The notes beneath the pieces were generated by a model. It was given only the letters and a program-made list of their open reading frames with translations. It made no database searches and was not told the DNA's origin. Shown piece by piece: positions 1 to 14,102 of a stretch of 64,000 nucleotides of DNA. The first letter of the stretch is position 1. The number at the start of each line of letters is the position of its first letter. Location of the stretch: positions 5,173 to 69,172 of the forward strand of contig CAMYJG010000007.1 in assembly GCA_947258695.1 (NCBI GenBank), read 5' to 3'. The stretch is from an uncultured Ectothiorhodospiraceae bacterium (GTDB lineage Bacteria; Pseudomonadota; Gammaproteobacteria; UBA6429; Thiohalophilaceae). The position numbers were made by a program, and so were the translations under genes.

Positions 1-205
1 TATCAGCACAAACTGCAAAGATAATATCGATAATCTTTTCTCTTTCGATACTCGGATTAGAAATCATGTCTTGCAAAGTGGCATCAGAAGTTACAGCAGC
101 AACGAGTTGCAACATATCAGACCAGCTTTTTAAATCGCCTTTTTCTTGTGCGATATCAAAAGCTGCCTGAGCATAGGGGCGAGCAATTGTGCTTTTTTCT
201 GCCAT
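1..205 (-). CDS. atpH: ATP synthase F1 delta subunit, N-terminal part; the gene runs off the window start
   Basis: Reverse-strand ATG at 205..203 opens a frame reading MAEKSTIARPYAQAAFDIAQEKGDLKSW..., a delta/OSCP-like N-terminus. It lies directly downstream of atpF in the canonical atpIBEFH order. It is absent from the ORF track because it is truncated by the window edge. Confidence 0.85.
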   Translation of the reverse strand, partial: MAEKSTIARPYAQAAFDIAQEKGDLKSWSDMLQLVAAVTSDATLQDMISNPSIEREKIIDIIFAVCAD

Positions 206-218
206 TGTTCAGCGTCCC

Positions 219-689
219 TTAAAGTTGAGCAACCAGATCTTGAAGAAGATCTTCGTTAGCTTTTTCATCGATTTCACGCTTAAGTACTTTGCCAGCACCT
301 GCAACTGCGAGAGTTACAACCTGACCACGTAAGTGTTCGCGAGCACGATTAACTTCTTGTTCAATTTCAGCATTAGCAGCGGCAAGAATTCTTTCGCCTT
401 CTACACGTGCATTATCTTTTGACTCTTCAACAATTTCGCTAGCGCGTTTTTCAGCCTGGTTAATAATATCCTGAGCTTTTTCTTTCGCTTCTTTCAGGGT
501 ATCAATAACTTTCTGTTTTGCTAGTTCACCGTCGTGCTTACCTTTTTCAGCAGCAGCGAGTCCATCAGCAATCTTCGCTTTACGTTCTTCTAAGGCCGCA
601 ACCAGTGGGGGCCAAACAAACTTCATGACAAATATCACGAAGAAAACGAAAGTAATAGATTGTCCGATCAGAGTGAGGTTTATATTCAT
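219..689 (-). CDS. atpF: ATP synthase F0 subunit b
   Basis: 156 aa with one N-terminal TM helix followed by a long charged coiled-coil (AEKGKHDGELAKQK...). Position is between atpE and atpH. Confidence 0.95.
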   Translation of the reverse strand: MNINLTLIGQSITFVFFVIFVMKFVWPPLVAALEERKAKIADGLAAAEKGKHDGELAKQKVIDTLKEAKEKAQDIINQAEKRASEIVEESKDNARVEGERILAAANAEIEQEVNRAREHLRGQVVTLAVAGAGKVLKREIDEKANEDLLQDLVAQL

Positions 690-731
690 TTATATATCCT
701 TACTTGAGTTAAGATGGAATCTATAAACGTT

Positions 732-974
<243 letters not shown>

Positions 975-1012
975 CTATTTATATACTTAAAAAATTAAAA
1001 ATTAAAAACTGT

Positions 1013-1963
<951 letters not shown>

Positions 1964-2371
1964 TTACTTACGCCTTGTCATACCATAGCTACTACGGCTA
2001 AACCAAAATGCTAATTGGGCAACAATAAAACCAGACAATACGCCTGCGGGTTCTAATTTAAGCCAACCCAGACCCAATGCAAGCAACACAATGACCAGTA
2101 AAAATCGAATAAAAATGCCTTTAAACAGCTCCACCGTATTCACAGCGGGCTTATTGTCGGCAGATTGTGTTGCTATCTTTAACCGCCAGCCAAAATAACT
2201 TGTGCTGACTATGATAACGGCACCGCCATACAGCGTTGCCAAAAAATATTCGTGATTTTTGACCAAAGCAAGAACCACCGCGGTGGCAACAACCAGGCCA
2301 GCTTGAACCATCAAAATCTTACGTAGAGTATGGGAAAATGCGTTATTTACTGCAGGTTCCATCGTCGACAT
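1964..2371 (-). CDS. atpI: ATP synthase protein I
   Basis: 135-aa hydrophobic protein occupying the first position of the atp operon. Confidence 0.75.
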   Translation of the reverse strand: MSTMEPAVNNAFSHTLRKILMVQAGLVVATAVVLALVKNHEYFLATLYGGAVIIVSTSYFGWRLKIATQSADNKPAVNTVELFKGIFIRFLLVIVLLALGLGWLKLEPAGVLSGFIVAQLAFWFSRSSYGMTRRK

Positions 2372-2476
2372 GAATCCAAAATAGTGCTCTACAAGTTCAA
2401 GGCGCGCGAATTATAATCGAGGCACGAATGAGGGTCAATAATTAGTTTAATAACCCAATAAAATAAGAAAAATAGC

Positions 2477-3373
2477 TTACTTTATATGTTCCAAAATACC
2501 ATCTAATTCATCAATGTTATTATAGTGAATCAACATTTTCCCTTTACCATTTGCACTGTGTTGAAATACAACTTTAGCGCCGAGCTTTTCGGATAAGTCT
2601 TCCTGTAAACGGCGGGTATCAGGATCAATCCCCGCTTTTTGTTTTTTTTCTTCTTCTGGTTTATTTAACCGACGTACTAATTGCTCAGCTTCTCGAACAG
2701 ATAAACCTTTTTTAGCGACTTCACGTGCAGCTTGTAATTGTTTTACTTGATCTAAACCCAAAATAGCACGGGCATGGCCCATTTCAATTTGGCCATCTTC
2801 AAGCATATGTCGAACATCGGTTTCCAGGGTTAACAAACGTAATAAGTTAGATACCGATACTCGTGATCGGCCTACCGCATCAGCTGCTTCTTGGTGGGTT
2901 AAACCAAACTCTTCTACTAAACGCACCAGGGCTTTGGCTTCTTCAATCGGGTTTAATTCCTGGCGTTGAATATTTTCAATTAACGCCACCGCCATGGTTT
3001 CTTGATCTGAAATTTCACGAATAATAGCTGGAATTTGATGCAATTCAGCTAATTGTGCAGCACGCCAACGACGTTCACCTGCCACTAATTCATATTGACC
3101 TGGCGTTGCTGAAAGTGGCCGTACCACAATCGGTTGTACCACGCCTTGTGCCTTAATAGAGTCAGCTAATTCCTGAAGTGCATCAAGATTAAAGTTGGTG
3201 CGTGGTTGATAACGACCACGCTGAATAACATCAATCGCTAAATGTTGAAATTCTGCTGATGAGGTGGATAAACTGACTTCTTCTGAAGTAGGCGCAATAT
3301 CATCTTTTAAATGCGTAGCACCTGAACCCAATAATGCCTCTAACCCTTTACCTAAGCCGCGCTTTTTAGCCAT
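2477..3373 (-). CDS. parB: Chromosome partitioning protein ParB
   Basis: 298 aa with the LVAGERRWRAA ParB box and an HTH region (LTHQEAADAVGRSRVSVSNLLRLL). Lies downstream of parA. Confidence 0.95.
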   Translation of the reverse strand: MAKKRGLGKGLEALLGSGATHLKDDIAPTSEEVSLSTSSAEFQHLAIDVIQRGRYQPRTNFNLDALQELADSIKAQGVVQPIVVRPLSATPGQYELVAGERRWRAAQLAELHQIPAIIREISDQETMAVALIENIQRQELNPIEEAKALVRLVEEFGLTHQEAADAVGRSRVSVSNLLRLLTLETDVRHMLEDGQIEMGHARAILGLDQVKQLQAAREVAKKGLSVREAEQLVRRLNKPEEEKKQKAGIDPDTRRLQEDLSEKLGAKVVFQHSANGKGKMLIHYNNIDELDGILEHIK

Positions 3374-3405
3374 TTTAAATACTTAACCTTATAACCAATG
3401 GTATT

Positions 3406-4197
3406 TTAAGCGCTAGCGCCAACAAGAGTCGCGTTTTCGTCATTGCGTAATATTTCACCCGCTAAAGCAAGATAGGCGAGGGCACCACGCGATGACTTAT
3501 CGTAATTAATGACCGGAATACCATGACTCGGTGCTTCAGCCAAACGAACATTACGTGGAATAATGGTTCGATAAACTTTTTTCGGAAAATGTAGCAATAA
3601 TTGGCCTGATACATCACTTGCCAGGTTATTACGTGGGTCATACATGGTACGAAGTAAGCCTTCTATTTTTAAATCTGGATTGACACTGGCCTGAATACTT
3701 TCAACGGTTTCAATGAGTGCGGATAAGCCTTCCAGTGCAAAATACTCGCATTGCATCGGAATCATCACGGAATTCGCTGCCACCAAAGCATTTAAAGTCA
3801 GCATGTTTAGTGAAGGCGGGCAGTCTATTAATATGTAATCGTATTGATCTCGTACATCAGCCAGTGCATCGCGCAATTGTCTTTCACGATTTGGCATATC
3901 CATTAAAGCGACTTCTGCTGCGGTTAAATCACCATTACCCGGCAAAATATCGTATTGAACCTCTTCATTCTTCACTACCAGGTTTGCTAAAGTAACATCA
4001 CCCAATAATAAGTCACAGGTAGTATATTCGGTATTATTTTTATCAATACCACTACCCATAGTCGCATTTCCCTGCGGATCTAAATCAATTAATAATACAT
4101 TTCGATGAGTCGCGGCCAGAGATGCCGCCAGGTTAATGCAGGTTGTTGTTTTACCTACACCGCCTTTTTGATTTGCAATGGCAATTATCTTGCTCAT
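3406..4197 (-). CDS. parA: Chromosome partitioning ATPase ParA/Soj
   Basis: 263 aa with the deviant Walker A motif NQKGGVGKTTT. Confidence 0.95.
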   Translation of the reverse strand: MSKIIAIANQKGGVGKTTTCINLAASLAATHRNVLLIDLDPQGNATMGSGIDKNNTEYTTCDLLLGDVTLANLVVKNEEVQYDILPGNGDLTAAEVALMDMPNRERQLRDALADVRDQYDYILIDCPPSLNMLTLNALVAANSVMIPMQCEYFALEGLSALIETVESIQASVNPDLKIEGLLRTMYDPRNNLASDVSGQLLLHFPKKVYRTIIPRNVRLAEAPSHGIPVINYDKSSRGALAYLALAGEILRNDENATLVGASA

Positions 4198-4239
4198 TCA
4201 GACCACTCCCTTTTATGGTGGTTGATATCGTTGTAATTA

Positions 4240-4878
4240 TTAAGCTACCGTAATTTCCAGTAAATGCCGCTGCTCTTCAAGACCAGGAACATTTATTACA
4301 TGACTATCACTTATCACGTACTTTGATGGCAACTCATCAATTTCTGCAACTGGATTTGTTCCTTTCATTGCCAAAAATTGTCCATCGTCCTCCAGTAAAT
4401 GGTCTGTTTGCCTTACCATATCTCCCATTGTGGCATATGCCCGGGTAATAATGGTGTCAAAACGTACCGCAGACTGGAAATTCTCTACCCTTGACTGTAC
4501 CACATCTACATTAGGTAACTCGAGCTCTGAAACAGCCTGAACAACAAATCGGGTCTTTTTATTATTGCTATCAAGCAGGGTAAATTGACGATCAGGGAAG
4601 GCTATTGCCAGCGGAATACCCGGCAACCCGGCACCCGTTCCAACATCTAGAATGCTTTTTCCCCGAAGATAGGGACATATCGACAAACTATCGAGCAAAT
4701 GACGAATGATCATTTGATCTGGCTGACGAACCGCTGTCAGATTATAAGCTTTATTCCACTTTTCCAACAACTCAACATATTTTAATAATGCAGCTTGTTG
4801 CGTGTCATCAAGTGGCTGCGCCAAATTAAGTTGGCGCAAACCGTTTGATAGGATTTCAGGTAAATCTAATTGGCTCAC
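4240..4878 (-). CDS. rsmG: 16S rRNA (guanine527-N7)-methyltransferase
   Basis: 212 aa with SAM-binding motif DVGTGAGLPGIPLA. Shows gidB-parA-parB synteny. Confidence 0.9.
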   Translation of the reverse strand: MSQLDLPEILSNGLRQLNLAQPLDDTQQAALLKYVELLEKWNKAYNLTAVRQPDQMIIRHLLDSLSICPYLRGKSILDVGTGAGLPGIPLAIAFPDRQFTLLDSNNKKTRFVVQAVSELELPNVDVVQSRVENFQSAVRFDTIITRAYATMGDMVRQTDHLLEDDGQFLAMKGTNPVAEIDELPSKYVISDSHVINVPGLEEQRHLLEITVA

Positions 4879-4893
4879 TAATATTTTTTACTT

Positions 4894-5352
4894 TTATTTA
4901 TTTCCAGTAGCGACATTGGTTAATTTATTAAGTGCGCCTGTCATTTTCGCTTTAATTTTATCACGATCATCTATGCCATGGCGTTTAGCAATATAAGCCG
5001 GATCGTTATATGTAAGCCATACCTGACCATTTTTATCCTGCCAGGCCAGGGCTTTCATGGGTAAATCGATACCTGCCGTTTGGTTACTGGTAAAAAAGTG
5101 ACTGCCAATTTTCGGGTTACCAAAAATTAAGAGTTCAGTTGGACGCAAATCTATACCCGCACCTTTCGCTCCCTGATCATGACTCCAACGAGTCGCAATC
5201 TTAATGCCTTTTTTATTCAATACATTTTCCAGGCGATCGAGAGTTACTTTTACGCTAAATTTACTTTTCTTTGAAATCATACCGTCATCTGCTGCTTGAG
5301 ATGCAACCGGTATTAATGCCATTAAGCTAAATAAAAGAATAAAACGTTTCAT
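4894..5352 (-). CDS. Secreted DUF302-family protein
   Basis: 152 aa with a cleavable signal peptide (…PVASQA/ADD). The core (LIFGNPKIGSHFF…GIDLPMKALAWQD) resembles DUF302. It is wedged between rsmG and mnmG. Confidence 0.6.
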   Translation of the reverse strand: MKRFILLFSLMALIPVASQAADDGMISKKSKFSVKVTLDRLENVLNKKGIKIATRWSHDQGAKGAGIDLRPTELLIFGNPKIGSHFFTSNQTAGIDLPMKALAWQDKNGQVWLTYNDPAYIAKRHGIDDRDKIKAKMTGALNKLTNVATGNK

Positions 5353-5461
5353 ACTATTTTCCTCGTATTATTGTTATTTCCGTTAAATAAGACGTTTCAT
5401 AGTGATTTATGTTCCATAACAGAACATCTTTATTATAAATTATATATGTAATACAAAAATA

Positions 5462-7363
5462 TTAAGCTTGTTTTACCTTGCTTACTGTTGCTTGGCGTTT
5501 ATGTTTTTTCAAAAACACCAATAGCAATGAAATAGCAGCAGGGGTCACACCCTGAATGCGAGAAGCTTGACCAATGGTTGTCGGCTTAATTTTATATAGT
5601 TTTTCTTGTACTTCAGCTGATAAACCCGAAATAAGGGAATAATCGAACTCTTCTGGAATCACTTTATCATTATGACGCAGCTGGCGTTCAATTTCTTCTT
5701 TCTGACGCTCAATATAGCCGGAGTACTTTGCCTGTATCTCAACTTGTTCCGCAACAGTCGCATCAACTTCAGGACTTTCTCCTGATATGCTCATTAAGTC
5801 TGAATAGCTCACATCTGGACGACGTAATAAATCATGCAAACGGGCTTCGCGACTCAATGGTTTTTTAAACACTCTTTCCTGTTCAGCAATTGTCACATTT
5901 TCGGGACGAATAAACACTTCTTGCAAACGTTGCTGTTCTGCAGTGATTGCGTTGCGTTTTGTCTCGAAATGCTGCCAACGTTCGTCATTTACCAATCCAA
6001 GCTCACGCCCTTTTTCCGTTAAGCGCAAATCGGCATTGTCTTCTCTTAACATCAAACGATATTCAGCACGTGACGTGAACATACGATACGGCTCCTGGGT
6101 ACCAAGCGTGATCAAATCATCAATTAACACACCAATATAGGCTTCATCTCGGCGAGGCGTCCATGACTCTTTTCCCTGAACTTTTAAAGCGGCATTCATA
6201 CCCGCTATCAATCCTTGGGCTGCGGCTTCTTCATAACCGGTTGTACCGTTAATTTGGCCCGCAAAAAACAAGTTTTTCATATGCTTGGTTTCAAGCGAAG
6301 GTTGTAAATCCTGAGGATCAAAATAATCATATTCAATCGCATAGCCCGGACGCATAATAAATGCGTTTTCAAAACCCTTAATCGACCGTACTAAATCTAA
6401 TTGAACATCAAAAGGTAAACTGGTGGAAATCCCATTAGGATAGACCTCGTGAGTATTTAAACCTTCTGGCTCAATAAACAGCTGATGAGAGATTTTATCT
6501 GCAAATCGTACCACTTTATCTTCAATTGACGGACAATAACGTGGACCTACACCTTCAATCACTCCACTGTACATGGGAGAGCGGTCTAATCCCCCACGAA
6601 TAATGTCATGTGTTTTTTCATTGGTATAAGCAATAAAACAACTCACCTGCTCAGGATGATCTTCTTTTTTACCTAAAAACGAAAATACCGGGGTCGGGGT
6701 ATCACCTGGCTGTTGTTCTAAATGACTAAAATCGACGGTTTTCGCATCGATTCGGGGTGGCGTGCCCGTTTTTAGCCGTTCCACATTAAACGGTAATTCA
6801 CGCAACCGACGAGAGAGGGCATTGGATGGTGGATCACCAGCCCGGCCTCCCTGGAAATTTGCTTCCCCAATGTGTATTAGCCCACCGAGGAAGGTACCGA
6901 CTGTTAATACAACCGTTTTAGCCTTAAAATTAAGTCCCATCTGAGTAACGACACCGACCACCTGACCATTTTCAACAATTAAATCATCTACTGCTTGTTG
7001 AAATAGAGTTAAATTTTCGGTGTTTTCGAGCGTTTCACGCACTACTTTTTTATAAAGAGCTCGATCAGCTTGCGCGCGGGTTGCCCGCACAGCAGGGCCT
7101 TTACTGGCATTCAGAATACGAAACTGAATTCCTGCTTTATCAATTGCCTGCGCCATTAAACCACCCAAGGCATCAATTTCTTTTACTAAGTGGCCTTTAC
7201 CAATCCCACCAATGGCAGGATTACAGCTCATTTGTCCCAGGGTATCGATATTATGTGTTAACAATAATGTAGAAACACCCATACGAGCTGCTGCCAACGC
7301 AGCCTCGGTGCCAGCATGACCACCGCCAACAATAATTACGTCAAACTGTTGCTGATAAAACAT
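5462..7363 (-). CDS. mnmG: tRNA uridine 5-carboxymethylaminomethyl modification enzyme MnmG (GidA)
   Basis: 633 aa with the N-terminal FAD fold [14 protein letters not shown]; conserved along its full length. Confidence 0.97.
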   Translation of the reverse strand: MFYQQQFDVIIVGGGHAGTEAALAAARMGVSTLLLTHNIDTLGQMSCNPAIGGIGKGHLVKEIDALGGLMAQAIDKAGIQFRILNASKGPAVRATRAQADRALYKKVVRETLENTENLTLFQQAVDDLIVENGQVVGVVTQMGLNFKAKTVVLTVGTFLGGLIHIGEANFQGGRAGDPPSNALSRRLRELPFNVERLKTGTPPRIDAKTVDFSHLEQQPGDTPTPVFSFLGKKEDHPEQVSCFIAYTNEKTHDIIRGGLDRSPMYSGVIEGVGPRYCPSIEDKVVRFADKISHQLFIEPEGLNTHEVYPNGISTSLPFDVQLDLVRSIKGFENAFIMRPGYAIEYDYFDPQDLQPSLETKHMKNLFFAGQINGTTGYEEAAAQGLIAGMNAALKVQGKESWTPRRDEAYIGVLIDDLITLGTQEPYRMFTSRAEYRLMLREDNADLRLTEKGRELGLVNDERWQHFETKRNAITAEQQRLQEVFIRPENVTIAEQERVFKKPLSREARLHDLLRRPDVSYSDLMSISGESPEVDATVAEQVEIQAKYSGYIERQKEEIERQLRHNDKVIPEEFDYSLISGLSAEVQEKLYKIKPTTIGQASRIQGVTPAAISLLLVFLKKHKRQATVSKVKQA

Positions 7364-7656
7364 TGATTTAATTCACCCATTACTGTGCTGTAAATATAAG
7401 GAGCGCTATTGTACGTATTGCTTAAAGTTTAGCCAAATTTCATTTTAGCACTTCATCTTAAAATCTTCTCTAAATGCAAATTTCTGTTAATTATCATAGA
7501 TATAGCTAGCCTAATATTGAACAACCTTTATGATCACATAATGAAAATAAGAGAAACCCTACGCTAAAAGTAGTAGTTTCTGGTATTTATTTGAAAATAC
7601 AGTTTTTTTAAAATCGCAAATTAATTAATAATCTAAATGATTACCGTGGAAATTTA

Positions 7657-9459
7657 GTGAGCTCAAGCAAAAATGACATTCAGGAAGACTTCGATATACG
7701 TCCAGCTGCCACTAAAAAATGGATTTCCAACCTGCCCATGGGTAGCACCGGTGAAACCAGTAAACAGCTTTATCATGCGCTAAAAAAGGTCAACAAACAA
7801 AATATTTCACCGGAACAACATCTCGAGTTTCTTGAGACAATTGCGCCAACACTAACCTTACTCTACCCACGTTTAGCAAAATATTTCACCGATATCGCTT
7901 TACCACTGGGAAAACAATCCCGTAATGCTATTCATGTTACTAGTTCTTTATTAAAAGAATTCTTGCTGGGTTATCAGGCTGTTATTAAAACTCAAATTAC
8001 AAACAAACCTTTTGGCTGGAAAAAATCTTTTTCTCTAGCTTTACATCGCTGTTTAATTTTTAGCTCACATATATTATGCACTCAAAGACTCTCTTATCAG
8101 CCTTATACAAAAGGATTATGGCATGAAATTTTCTGGTGCTATCAACAAGCTGAAAAACTTAAATTAACAAATAAAAGCTTTAGAAATTTTAATGAGAACG
8201 AAGATAAAACATCAATAGATTTTGAGTTTAAAAAATTACTACTTTTATCTCTTCTTTCAACCAATAACCTTGGCCAAAAAAATATGCAGGAAGTGCATAA
8301 CCTGATGCCTTTATGGGTTAAACATACCAATATTTTACTTCAAGAAACTGACGATAAGAAAAACAGCTTCACATTAAATTTACTTAGCGATATACCACCT
8401 TACCTGGCTGGTACCCGTAAAGACAATTCTAAAAAAATTATCGACAAACGTTTTTTATCTACCTCAAAATTAAATAACCTACTAAATAAATATTTGAGCA
8501 GAATTGAAGATAAAGATGGCGCTATAAAAATTGGTCGAAATATATTATCAAAATCGACTATCCAGTCTTTACTAAATAGCTGGTCACGTATCCACTTAAG
8601 ATCTGATGTACGTAAAGAAGGAACAGGCTTTGTCGATATTGTTACTGGGATTACTGCAATACATTTTGTATTAAATCAACAAGATCAACCTGCTTTTGAT
8701 GAAGGTACCACTACCTTACCTGACAATGTCATAGACTTTGAATCTACCTTAAAAATAGAACCAATCAGCCCAACAATTAAAAACGACACCTTAAACTTAA
8801 ACCATTTTTTAAGTACTTCAGATCAAGAAGTAGATATATGGGATAAAGTTTATGAAAATTCGATCAATGAAACACTACCAGTAGCTAACTGGACGGAAAG
8901 CGGTATTCACAAAGTTTATAATTTTTCTAAAAGTATACTTCTGGATTACAGTAAAGATGGATATCGTCTTAGCGTCAATGCGAACACGGTTGATAGCCTG
9001 AAACATAATGAGTTAGTCGCTGTTCGTGAGCACGCTTTAGCACCATGGGCTTTAGCCCAGGTAAAATGGTTACATTTTTCTGAAATGGGTGATGTCCAGT
9101 TTGGTTTAAAAATATTAAGCCACCATGTATTACCAATTAATATTCGCTATGAAGCAAACCATGGCTTAAGCAAACCACTTCCGTGTTTATTGGGGCTCGA
9201 TAGAAAAAAACTCATGATATTTATTCCTTCTTTACCAACAGATTTAAATGGTAAAAAGCTTGAACTCGAACATCAAAAACAACATTCTCAAATTTATTTA
9301 AAAAATAAAGTACTGACTACGACAGCTTTTGATGTTTACGAAATACACGAATCTCAAAACAATGATAGCAATTCTTTACATCACCAGGATACATCTGAAA
9401 TTATTATTGAAAACAATGATAACACCCAACTTTCAGATAATATTTGGCAAAATTTTTAA
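7657..9459 (+). CDS. Hypothetical 600-aa protein with a degenerate PilZ-like C-terminal region
   Basis: GTG-initiated ORF. A DYSKDG match to the PilZ DxSxxG motif lies at aa 430-435 (nt 8944..8961) and is followed by a beta-rich region. I found no RxxxR in the preceding ~40 residues. The coding sequence looks very AT-rich by eye. Confidence 0.45.
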   Translation: MSSSKNDIQEDFDIRPAATKKWISNLPMGSTGETSKQLYHALKKVNKQNISPEQHLEFLETIAPTLTLLYPRLAKYFTDIALPLGKQSRNAIHVTSSLLKEFLLGYQAVIKTQITNKPFGWKKSFSLALHRCLIFSSHILCTQRLSYQPYTKGLWHEIFWCYQQAEKLKLTNKSFRNFNENEDKTSIDFEFKKLLLLSLLSTNNLGQKNMQEVHNLMPLWVKHTNILLQETDDKKNSFTLNLLSDIPPYLAGTRKDNSKKIIDKRFLSTSKLNNLLNKYLSRIEDKDGAIKIGRNILSKSTIQSLLNSWSRIHLRSDVRKEGTGFVDIVTGITAIHFVLNQQDQPAFDEGTTTLPDNVIDFESTLKIEPISPTIKNDTLNLNHFLSTSDQEVDIWDKVYENSINETLPVANWTESGIHKVYNFSKSILLDYSKDGYRLSVNANTVDSLKHNELVAVREHALAPWALAQVKWLHFSEMGDVQFGLKILSHHVLPINIRYEANHGLSKPLPCLLGLDRKKLMIFIPSLPTDLNGKKLELEHQKQHSQIYLKNKVLTTTAFDVYEIHESQNNDSNSLHHQDTSEIIIENNDNTQLSDNIWQNF

Positions 9460-9462
9460 CAA

Positions 9463-9684
9463 CTAAATTAACTCTAATTTAAACAGTTTTTTATCATTAA
9501 AATGCTGTTGATCTAAAATATAAACTTTAAGTTGCTTTTCAGCATCTGACTTACTTGAATACGGTCCCTGATCCTCCGCTTCTCTTACAGAGAAATACCA
9601 CTCATTTGCGACAGTGTAAAATCTACCAGATCGGTAAACTGAAGCTTGTTTCTCACCTGAGTGCGTCTGTTTTTTACTTTCCAT
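9463..9684 (-). CDS. Small hypothetical protein, 73 aa
   Basis: ORF convergent with the 600-aa gene, 3 nt apart. It has a hydrophilic core SGRFYTVANEWYFSVREAEDQGPYSSKSDAEKQL. Coding status is unverified. Confidence 0.4.
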   Translation of the reverse strand: MESKKQTHSGEKQASVYRSGRFYTVANEWYFSVREAEDQGPYSSKSDAEKQLKVYILDQQHFNDKKLFKLELI

Positions 9685-9856
9685 ATTCTTACTAATCCCT
9701 TCTTATTTAGTATCTCCAATTTTATCCTCTTCTAAATATATAAATCTGTCAGACAAAGATGAAATTACTGTAAGGCATTTCTGACAAATGTTTTTTCAAA
9801 AAATAATCTATTAAGGACTTGAAAGTTCTCTTTTTGTCCTCTACACTAATTTCACT

Positions 9857-9875
9857 GAGAACAATTAGAGAACAA
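9857..9875 (+). promoter_or_regulatory. Direct repeat GAGAACAA-N3-GAGAACAA abutting the lexA start codon; candidate operator
   Basis: GAGAACAA occurs at 9857..9864 and again at 9868..9875, an 11-bp period. This gives GAAC-N7-GAAC. The lexA ATG is at 9877. Confidence 0.3.
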
Positions 9876-9876
9876 A

Positions 9877-10473
9877 ATGCCAACACTACTTGAAAAACGT
9901 ATTTTGAACTTTATTCATGCTTTCATCATTAAACATGGTCATAGTCCGACCCTGGTTGAGATTGGAAAAGCAATGGAAATTAGTTCAAAAGGAACTATTC
10001 ATCGTTATGTTCAAAATTTACGTAATCAGGGGTTATTGGCACAACCCGAGCGTGGCTGGCGCGGCATTCGTCTTGCTGATGATGCACTGAATCACTCCAC
10101 AACCCTCCCATTAGTTGGGCGGATTGCCGCGGGCCAACCTATTGAAGCTGTTCACGATCAAGAAGAAGTCAACTTAAGCGAAATGTTCGTTGGAAAAGAT
10201 CGCTATGCTTTACAAATTAAAGGCGATTCAATGATCGATATTGGTATTCTTGATGGTGACATTGTTGTTATTGAACCTAAAAACACGGCTGAATTTGGTG
10301 ATGTCATTGTTGCCTTAATCGATGATCAAGAAGCAACATTAAAAAGGTATAAACGTTTAAAAGATGGAAGAGTTGAATTAAGTCCTGAAAACCAGGAGCT
10401 AGAGCCAATGGTTTACGAAGCATCGAGAGTAAAAATTCAGGGGATCCTGGTGGGCCAGCTAAGAAGTTATTAA
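9877..10473 (+). CDS. lexA: LexA repressor (S24 peptidase)
   Basis: 198 aa with the Ala-Gly self-cleavage site (RIAAGQPIEA), catalytic Ser (GDSMID) and Lys (ATLKRY). The winged-helix N-domain has a divergent recognition helix (SSKGTIHRYVQNLRNQG). Confidence 0.85.
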   Translation: MPTLLEKRILNFIHAFIIKHGHSPTLVEIGKAMEISSKGTIHRYVQNLRNQGLLAQPERGWRGIRLADDALNHSTTLPLVGRIAAGQPIEAVHDQEEVNLSEMFVGKDRYALQIKGDSMIDIGILDGDIVVIEPKNTAEFGDVIVALIDDQEATLKRYKRLKDGRVELSPENQELEPMVYEASRVKIQGILVGQLRSY

Positions 10474-10488
10474 CCAAAAAAAATATGT

Positions 10489-10558
10489 GCCACGAAGAAC
10501 ACCAAGGAATAAATATATTTTTTACTAATTAAAGATTTTACTTGGTGACCTTTGTGGC
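10489..10558. repeat. Family-A palindromic intergenic element, minimal copy (A1)
   Basis: Left arm is GC|CACGAAGAA|CACCAAGGA. Right arm is CTTGGTGAC|CTTTGTGGC. An A/T-rich loop separates them. The copy lies between the convergent lexA and gyrB stop codons. Confidence 0.8.
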
Positions 10559-10574
10559 TAAAAATCTTTTAATT

Positions 10575-14091
<3,517 letters not shown>

Positions 14092-14102
14092 AAATCAGGT
14101 CA

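Noticed and set aside
7364-7656. The mnmG (gidA) upstream spacer as an enteric-type oriC
   Set aside because: It is AT-rich and 293 bp long. However, I found no 9-mer within one mismatch of TTATCCACA, only one GATC (in the palindrome TTATGATCACATAA) and no 13-mer-like repeats. It is more likely just divergent promoters.
9740-9800. Possible SOS boxes at the two CTGT motifs upstream of lexA
   Set aside because: Neither CTGT is followed by ACAG at the N8 spacing; the sequences are CTGTCAGACAAAGATG and CTGTAAGGCATTTCTG. Neither is a canonical LexA box.
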